Assembly: GCA_040752415.1 (NCBI GenBank)
Contig: JBFMGU010000329.1
Coordinates: 1 to 10,603 of the forward strand
Length of the DNA: 10,603 bases
Direction: 5' to 3'
From: Myxococcota bacterium
GTDB lineage: Bacteria > Myxococcota > JACRCW01
Shown: piece after piece, positions 1 through 5,667 of the stretch
How the letters are laid out: each line of letters opens with the position of its first letter
How positions within the stretch are numbered: position 1 is the first letter of the stretch
Made by a program: the position numbers and the translations under genes
The notes under the pieces: model-generated
Database searches by the model: none
The model's input: only the letters and a program-made list of their open reading frames with translations
What the model was told of the DNA's origin: nothing

Positions 1-1
1 T

Positions 2-181
2 CGTCGGAGACTCTGCGTGCCGGCGTCTCCGCCCCATGAGATGCCCGCGGCCGGCACTTTGGAATCCAAAGGTGCGGGCGCCGCTGCACCTTCTCACCGC
101 TCGCCGGCACCTGGGGGTCACGTCGGAGACTCTGCGTGCCGGCGTCTCCGCCCCATGAGATGCGCGCGGCCGGCACTTTGG
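2..181. repeat. 61-bp direct repeat (2..62 and 121..181) containing a GTGCCGGC...GCCGGCAC hairpin
   Basis: cgtcggagactctgcgtgccggcgtctccgccccatgagatgc(c/g)cgcggccggcactttgg occurs twice, 119 bp apart, with one mismatch. Confidence 0.9.
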
Positions 182-255
182 GAGTGCGGCCTGAAATGCC
201 GCTTTGGATCCTGCTCCGCTGCTCAACCAGAAGTCGTCACGGACTTCTTTTGGTT

Positions 256-558
256 TACAGTGATTCCCGTTGAAGTTGTCACGCCGTTTGCCTCCGTCTG
301 GCAGAGGATGCCCCGCTGGTCCGAGGGAAAGCGGCACTTCATGCCGCAGTCCGAAAGGGTGCGGGCACCGCTCCGATTCGTGAAATTGCGAGCGCCCGCA
401 CCCGTGCCACGTCGGGGGACGTGCCGGCCTGTCCACGAGAGCGAACGCTGCCGGCACTTTCGGACTGCGGCATGAAGTGCCGCTTTCCCTCGGACAACAC
501 GGCACCCTCTGCCAGACGCAGGCGAAGCGGCATGACAACTTCAACGGAAACCACTGTA
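256..558. repeat. Long inverted repeat (REPIN/MITE-like palindromic element), arms 256..357 and 457..558
   Basis: 319..357 (gtccgagggaaagcggcacttcatgccgcagtccgaaag) is the perfect reverse complement of 457..495. Imperfect complementarity extends outward to tacagtg (256) / cactgta (558). The spacer holds two further hairpins (gggtgcgggc...gcccgcaccc; gtgccggc...gccggcac). A degenerate extra copy of the core palindrome lies at ~171..210. Confidence 0.85.
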
Positions 559-1548
559 CACGCCCAGCTTCTCCCGGAGCGCGGCGGCGCCCAATCCCGG
601 TGAGCCGCGTCCCTCCGCCTCCTTCACCAACGCAACAATCGCCGCGTTCACCGTGGCTCGGGTCCCCACCTTTTCCGCCAAGCGCACCACCTCGCCATTG
701 AGCGCGTCGATCTCCGTCTTGCGCCCCCGCGCGAGATCGTCCCACATCGACGAGCGCGCCTGCGGATCCACGGTCAACATGGGCCGCGCGACGAGGGAGA
801 ACACCGCGTCCGGCAGCGTGAGCACCCAAGGAACCAGGCGCGGCGGCAGCGGCACGTCGAGACGGGGTTGGATCCCGGCAGCGGACACGGCGTCCAGGCC
901 CTCCCGCACGCACGCGGCCATGACGCGCCGGTAGTCGCGCTGCGAGAGCATCTCCTTGATGGGGATGTTGGCCAGCGCATTCACCGGGTTGTTGAGATTC
1001 ACCAACAGCTTGCCCCACAGCACGCCGCGCATGTCGTCGTGGGCTTCAATCTCGAGGCCCGCGTGGGACAGCGCGCGCACCAGCGGCATCACCGCTTCCA
1101 CCCGCTCGACGGCAAGCCGGCCCGAGGTGCCCTGGTGGAAATGCGCACCCGCGCGTCGCAGCACGTTGAAGGGGACCATGCCGGCCAGCACCCGTTGCTG
1201 GGGCAGCGCGGCCCGCAGCAGCTCCGGGTTGTTCACGCCGTTCTGGAAGCTGACCACCAGCGCGTCTCGTCGGAGCACGCCGGCCAGCGCCGCACCCGCG
1301 CTCGCCGTGTCACCACCCTTCACCGTCACCAGCACCACGTCACAATCCGCCAGCGCGGTGGGCGCAGTGGCCACTTCCAGGCGCAATGTCTGGTCAAAGC
1401 CGCGGTAGTCGGTGAGGTGCATTCCGTGCTGCGCCACCTCGTCGGCGAGCGACTGTCGTCCCACCAGCACCACCGGCACGCCACTGTGCTGCAGGCGACC
1501 GCCCAGGTAGCAACCGATGGCGCCGGCGCCCATGATTCCCACTTTCAT
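541..1548 (-). CDS. panE: 2-dehydropantoate 2-reductase (ketopantoate reductase, PanE/ApbA family), 335 aa
   Basis: N-terminal Rossmann motif MKVGIMGAGAIG; family motifs VTVK, FQNGV, WGKLLVNLNN (catalytic Lys) and SSMWDDLARGRKTEIDALNG (catalytic Glu). Start trimmed to ATG 1548, which overlaps the upstream stop (ATGA). Confidence 0.9.
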   Translation of the reverse strand: MKVGIMGAGAIGCYLGGRLQHSGVPVVLVGRQSLADEVAQHGMHLTDYRGFDQTLRLEVATAPTALADCDVVLVTVKGGDTASAGAALAGVLRRDALVVSFQNGVNNPELLRAALPQQRVLAGMVPFNVLRRAGAHFHQGTSGRLAVERVEAVMPLVRALSHAGLEIEAHDDMRGVLWGKLLVNLNNPVNALANIPIKEMLSQRDYRRVMAACVREGLDAVSAAGIQPRLDVPLPPRLVPWVLTLPDAVFSLVARPMLTVDPQARSSMWDDLARGRKTEIDALNGEVVRLAEKVGTRATVNAAIVALVKEAEGRGSPGLGAAALREKLGVYSGFR

Positions 1549-2534
1549 CGTCGAGAACCCTCCACCAGCGCGTCCGCAATCCGCTCCGCAATGGGGAAAC
1601 CCAGGTCCCGTTGCAGCCAGCCCCATTCCCCCGCGGGATTGACCTCCAGGAACACGTGACGACCTTCCGGGTCCACAATGAAGTCCAACGCCGCGGACAC
1701 CAGGCCCAGTCGCCGCATCAGGGCCAGCACGCGCTCCGTCTCGTCGTCAGGCAGCGTGTAGGGTGTCCAATCAATGCCTTCCCCGGGCTGGGTGAGCCGC
1801 CAGTCCACGCGACCGCGCCGGGACCCGCGCGTGTCGATGGCACCGGTGAACACCTCGCTCCCCACGACGACAACGCGCAGCTCACAGCGCTTCCCGACGG
1901 TGGCCTGGAAGATCTGCGGCGCGTAGCGCACGTCGTCGATGGCAGCGAGATCCGCCTCGGTGACCTCGGTGGTATAGAAGAATTCGCTCGTGCCCTGCAT
2001 GCTGACGGTGAGCACGCCCAGCAGTTTCGTGACCATGCGCCCGCCCAGCTCGGCGTGGAAGGCGCGGACCTCGTCGGGGTTGTTGGTGACGAGCGTGGGT
2101 GGAAGGGTGAAGCCCAGCTCCTGCGCCACGCGCAGCTGCAGCAGCTTGGATTCCGCGCGGGTGTTGGCCTGCAGCGTGTTCACCCAGAACGCGCCATCCA
2201 TCAACGACAGCGCATCCACCAGCGCGGTGCGTGATTCCCGACGACAATGCTGCACGTAGCGCGGGTCCATCGTCTCCGGCATGGCGCCGGGCCAGACGCG
2301 ACGGTTCCACACCGCGGGCACCTCCCGTAACGCGACGGCCCCGCGCGGCGTCCTGAGCACCATCTCCTCCCGACCCGAGCGGAACGAGACGCTGAGCGCG
2401 AGCTCGACGGGAAAACGGTCCGTGTCCACGCGCAACGCCGGCACCCCGCGGGAGACCAGCGCCTGCTCGACGAGGTCGATGGTGTAGTAGTCGCCGCTGT
2501 GGGTCAGCAGCAGGATGGGAGCGGACGTGGTCAC
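1545..2534 (-). CDS. mvdC: Microviridin-type ATP-grasp peptide maturase, MdnB/MvdC (macrolactam ligase)-like, 329 aa
   Basis: ILLLTHSGDYYTIDLV, DTDRFP, VWNRRVW, AESKLLQLRVA-GF-LPPTLVTNNP, MVTKLL, ELRVVVVG, VDWR, FLEVNPAGEWGWLQRDLGFPIA. The THSGD start and GEWG end recall MdnB/MvdC rather than MdnC/MvdD (TFSxD..., GEFFW). Lies next to a PFFARFL precursor. GTG start. Confidence 0.88.
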   Translation of the reverse strand: MTTSAPILLLTHSGDYYTIDLVEQALVSRGVPALRVDTDRFPVELALSVSFRSGREEMVLRTPRGAVALREVPAVWNRRVWPGAMPETMDPRYVQHCRRESRTALVDALSLMDGAFWVNTLQANTRAESKLLQLRVAQELGFTLPPTLVTNNPDEVRAFHAELGGRMVTKLLGVLTVSMQGTSEFFYTTEVTEADLAAIDDVRYAPQIFQATVGKRCELRVVVVGSEVFTGAIDTRGSRRGRVDWRLTQPGEGIDWTPYTLPDDETERVLALMRRLGLVSAALDFIVDPEGRHVFLEVNPAGEWGWLQRDLGFPIAERIADALVEGSRR

Positions 2535-2546
2535 GGGAGGAGGAAG

Positions 2547-2575
2547 CCCGCCCCACGCAGCTCACGTGAGGCGGG
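2547..2575 (-). promoter_or_regulatory. Intergenic GC-rich stem-loop between precursor and ligase genes (mRNA-stabilising hairpin or weak terminator)
   Basis: Minus-strand CCCGCCTCACG-tgagctg-CGTGGGGCGGG forms an 11-bp stem with one G-U pair, followed by a pyrimidine run (cttcctcctccc) but no U-tract. Confidence 0.5.
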
Positions 2576-2590
2576 TCGGCAGGGACCTGG

Positions 2591-4330
2591 TCAGCCCGGT
2601 CCGCCGCCGTCCTCGTTGTCGGAGGGATACTTCTCGGTGAACAGGTTGCCGCCGCGACCGGGGCCGCCCGCGCCGTCCTCGTTGTCGGACGGGAACTTCA
2701 TGGTGACCATCATGCCACCGCCGTCGCCACCGCCGTCCTCGTTGTCGGAGGGATACTTCGCGGTGGTCACCTCACCGACACCGCCGCCGGCATCCTCGTT
2801 GTCGGAGGGATAACGCTCCGTGACGATGTCGCCGATGGTGCCGCCACCAGCGTCCTCGCCGTCGGAGGGAGCCTTCATGGTGACCATCATGCCACCACCG
2901 TCGCCGGCGTCCTCGTTGTCGGACGGGTAACGCTCGGTCACGGCCCCGCCGCCACCGACGCCACCCGCGCCACCGCCGCCACCCGCGTCCTCGTTGTCGG
3001 AGGGATAACGCTCCGTGACGATGTCACCGATGGTGCCGCCACCACCGTCCTCGTTGTCGGATGGCGCCTTCATGGTGACCATCACGCCACCGCCGTCACC
3101 CGCGTCCTCGTTGTCGGAGGGATAGCGCTCGGTGACCGCTCCGCCGCCCATGCGCGGCACCGGCTCGCCGCCACCGTCCTCGTTGTCGGAGGGGAACTTG
3201 CGGGTCATCACCACTCCGCCCCCGTCGCCGCCGCCGTCCTCGTTGTCGGAGGGGGCCTTCATGGTGACCATCACGCCACCGCCACCCTCACCCGCGCCGC
3301 CATCCTCGTTGTCGGAGGGGAACTTGCGGGTCATCACCACGCCGCCACCGCCGTTGTCGGCACCGCCGTCCTCGGCGTCGGAGGGGAACTTCTTGGTGAC
3401 CGCGCCCACGTTCTGACCGGTCTCACCCACGGGCCCGTCCTCGTTGTCGGAGGGGTACTTCAGCGTGACCGCCCCGACGCCACCCTCGGCGCCGTCCTCG
3501 TTGTCGGAGGGCGCCTTCATGGTGACCATCATGCCGCCGCCCTCGCCGGGGCGCTTGCTGCCGCCGCCATCCTCGTTGTCGGACGGGTACTTCATGGTCA
3601 CCATGCGACCCACCTCGCCGCGCGCAACCTGGCCACGGTTCTGTCCCTCGAGGAAGCGCGCGAAGAACGGCTTCACCGTGTTCTCGTCGCCACCGAGCTG
3701 CTGCAGGGTCAGCTTCTCCGCGCCCTTGGGGTTGGCCGCGGTGTGGATCTGCTGCGCCGCGGTGAACGCCTTGGAGAACTCCTGCTGCGCCTGCGCGCCC
3801 TCGGGGCTGCCCTTCAGCTTCTGCTGCGCGACGGCCAGCGTCTGGTTCGCCACGTTCTGCATGAGCTGGGTGCGGTCGGTGAGCAGGCGTTCCACCACCT
3901 GGGCCCGCGGGTGCTCCGGCGCGTGCATCTGGAACGCCTTGCTGGTCTTGCGCAGCGCATCCAGCACGGCGGTCTGCGACTCCAGCGTGTGATCCGCGGC
4001 CTTCAACGCCGTGATCAGCTCCTTCTCGATGGCGCGCACCTCACGCGGCACGCTCTGCACCGCACCGGCCTTCTGCGCCGCCACGCGCGCGCCCACCGCG
4101 CCCGTCCCACCTTCCCGTCGCGCGGTCTGCTGCGGCGCCTTGGGGGTCTCCTTGCGACCCGCGGGAGCCTTCTTCTCGAACGCGTCCGACTTCTTCGCCG
4201 AGGCCTTGGCCTGCTGCGCCTTGCTGGTCTGCTTGGCGGGGGCCTTGGCGGTGCTCTTCTGGACCGTCGACTCCGACGGACGCTTGCTGCCCGCGCTCTG
4301 CTTGGTGGAATTGCGGCGGATGGAAGTCAT
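2591..4330 (-). CDS. mdnA: Giant multi-core microviridin/marinostatin-family graspetide precursor, 579 aa, 16 cores
   Basis: PFFARFL at aa 221-227 (nt 3650..3670), followed by 16 TxK/R-Y/F/A-PSD-x-ED units separated by Gly-rich linkers. GGAG Shine-Dalgarno 6 nt before ATG 4330. Adjacent ATP-grasp ligase. Confidence 0.92.
   Translation of the reverse strand: MTSIRRNSTKQSAGSKRPSESTVQKSTAKAPAKQTSKAQQAKASAKKSDAFEKKAPAGRKETPKAPQQTARREGGTGAVGARVAAQKAGAVQSVPREVRAIEKELITALKAADHTLESQTAVLDALRKTSKAFQMHAPEHPRAQVVERLLTDRTQLMQNVANQTLAVAQQKLKGSPEGAQAQQEFSKAFTAAQQIHTAANPKGAEKLTLQQLGGDENTVKPFFARFLEGQNRGQVARGEVGRMVTMKYPSDNEDGGGSKRPGEGGGMMVTMKAPSDNEDGAEGGVGAVTLKYPSDNEDGPVGETGQNVGAVTKKFPSDAEDGGADNGGGGVVMTRKFPSDNEDGGAGEGGGGVMVTMKAPSDNEDGGGDGGGVVMTRKFPSDNEDGGGEPVPRMGGGAVTERYPSDNEDAGDGGGVMVTMKAPSDNEDGGGGTIGDIVTERYPSDNEDAGGGGGAGGVGGGGAVTERYPSDNEDAGDGGGMMVTMKAPSDGEDAGGGTIGDIVTERYPSDNEDAGGGVGEVTTAKYPSDNEDGGGDGGGMMVTMKFPSDNEDGAGGPGRGGNLFTEKYPSDNEDGGGPG
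2609..3598 (-). repeat. In-frame tandem array of 16 core-peptide coding repeats
   Basis: (g/a)tcctcgttgtcgga-type unit (SDNED codons) recurs every ~57-78 bp, always in frame. First core 3569..3598, last core 2609..2638. Confidence 0.93.
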
Positions 4331-4468
4331 GTCAGGCTCCGGGTCTTGGGGACGTCGTGGAAGTCCTGCGTACCCGCATGCGCGCGGGTCGGAACAGGCC
4401 TTTGCGTAGCCTCGGAAACCGCGGGAAGCAATGGCCCCGAGCTGGACGCGCCGCTACCATGACACCCT

Positions 4469-4831
4469 GTGGCTTCCCCCAAGCGTCAGCGCGTCCTCGC
4501 CATCATCGCCACCGACCGCACCTTCGAGCGCGCGGAATATCGCGGTCGCGAGGTGTGGCAGGGGCGCTGCCTGCACTGCAACGCGTATCTCCTCGTCGAG
4601 CTGAGCGGGGAGGCCATCAGCCGCGCCACCATTGAGCACATCATCCCGCGCGTGCACGGCGGCACCGACGCGCCGGAGAACCTGGGCCTGGCCTGCGCGC
4701 GCTGCAACCAGGGCAAGGGGATGCGGCATGACCGCAACTTCAAGCGCGACCCGCGCGTCCAGGAGATGGTGGAGCGGCTGCTGCAACGTCGTCGTGAGCG
4801 CTGGCGCGACCCGGAGGAGGTGACGTCCTGA
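4469..4831 (+). CDS. HNH endonuclease family protein, 120 aa
   Basis: CLHC...ATIEHIIPRVHGGTDAPENLGLACARCNQGKG: CxxC zinc ligands flanking an H-N-N HNH motif. Confidence 0.88.
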   Translation: MASPKRQRVLAIIATDRTFERAEYRGREVWQGRCLHCNAYLLVELSGEAISRATIEHIIPRVHGGTDAPENLGLACARCNQGKGMRHDRNFKRDPRVQEMVERLLQRRRERWRDPEEVTS

Positions 4832-4878
4832 CGGGGTGACGGGTGGCCCCAGGATTCACGGCGTGGCATGAGCCTGCC

Positions 4879-5355
4879 ATGCGCTCCTTCCAACTGCTGA
4901 CCTGTCTCGCCTTCCTCGCCGTGAACCTGCCCGCCAGCGCGGAGGCGCCGGGCGCGGCCCCGGTGGTGGTGTCGTCGTCGACGGCGCCCATGCACGGCAT
5001 CCTCAACGGCAAGGGCTCCGCCACGCTGCTGCACAACGCGAGCACCGGCAGCAAGGAGGCGTCACTCAGCGTGCTGGTGCTGCAGGGTGGCGCGGAGGTG
5101 CCGGAGCACGTTCATGAGACGAGCGTGGAGCTGCTCTACGTGGAGGAGGGACGCGTGGAGATGGTGGTGGGTGGCAAGGCGGTGAGCGCCTCCGCCGGCG
5201 ACGCCATCCGCATCCCTGCGGGCGTGAAGCACTCCGCAAGGGTTCCGCCGGGCAACTCCGCGGCGCGCGCGGTGCAGGTGTACGTGGGGCCGGGTCCGGA
5301 GCAGCGTTTCACCGCCGGTCCCCGGCTCAACCCTCCGCCCATGCCAGGGAAGTGA
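4879..5355 (+). CDS. Secreted cupin-domain protein, 158 aa
   Basis: Signal-peptide-like MRSFQLLTCLAFLAVNLPASA; cupin motif 1 GAEVPEHVHETSVELLYVEEG and motif 2 GDAIRIPAGVKHS. Start trimmed to ATG 4879. Confidence 0.85.
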   Translation: MRSFQLLTCLAFLAVNLPASAEAPGAAPVVVSSSTAPMHGILNGKGSATLLHNASTGSKEASLSVLVLQGGAEVPEHVHETSVELLYVEEGRVEMVVGGKAVSASAGDAIRIPAGVKHSARVPPGNSAARAVQVYVGPGPEQRFTAGPRLNPPPMPGK

Positions 5356-5412
5356 CGTCGTCAGGCACGGGTGATTGACAGGGGAACGCCACCGCCGCAA
5401 CGTGCGCGCCGC

Positions 5413-5667
5413 ATGACGGGGATCACCCTGCTGGGCCTGGTGGCCGGCACGCTGACGACGGTGGCATTCATCCCGCAGGTGCTCCACGTCTACCGGACGC
5501 GCAGCACGCGGGACATCTCGCTGGGCATGTTCGCCATCTTCAGCACCGGCGTGCTGCTCTGGCTCATCTACGGCGTCAGCATCCATGACGTGCCGGTGGT
5601 GGTGGCCAATGCCATCACGCTGGTGTTGGCGCTGATCATCCTGGCGTTCAAGCTCAAGTACGGCTGA
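5413..5667 (+). CDS. SemiSWEET (PQ-loop/MtN3) sugar transporter, 84 aa
   Basis: Three hydrophobic helices with LTTVAFIPQV (PQ motif), TRSTRDISLGM, LWLIYG and VVVANAI signatures. Start trimmed to ATG 5413. Confidence 0.9.
   Translation: MTGITLLGLVAGTLTTVAFIPQVLHVYRTRSTRDISLGMFAIFSTGVLLWLIYGVSIHDVPVVVANAITLVLALIILAFKLKYG

Noticed and set aside
17..603. Short ORFs in the left-end region (17..475, 339..554, 421..603) sharing peptides such as SEGKRHFMPQSE
   Set aside because: The shared peptides are a by-product of the inverted DNA repeat. There is no coding signature or known domain.
1549..1626. Longer N-terminus for panE given by the ORF track (start 1626)
   Set aside because: It overlaps the ligase C-terminus by 82 bp. 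The Rossmann motif begins right at Met 1548, which has an ATGA coupling.
2609..3598. Regularly spaced direct repeats with variable spacers resembling a CRISPR array
   Set aside because: All units are in frame in a 579-aa ORF, vary at synonymous positions, have Gly-coding spacers and encode graspetide cores. No cas genes are present.
4864..4877. Possible sigma54 promoter TGGCATGAGCCTGC before the cupin gene
   Set aside because: The GG-to-GC spacing is one base short of the -24/-12 consensus, and the site abuts the ATG.
5375..5403. Perfect TTGACA -35 hexamer upstream of the SemiSWEET gene
   Set aside because: The -10 at 17-bp spacing (CAACGT) is a poor match, so it is not strong enough to call a promoter.
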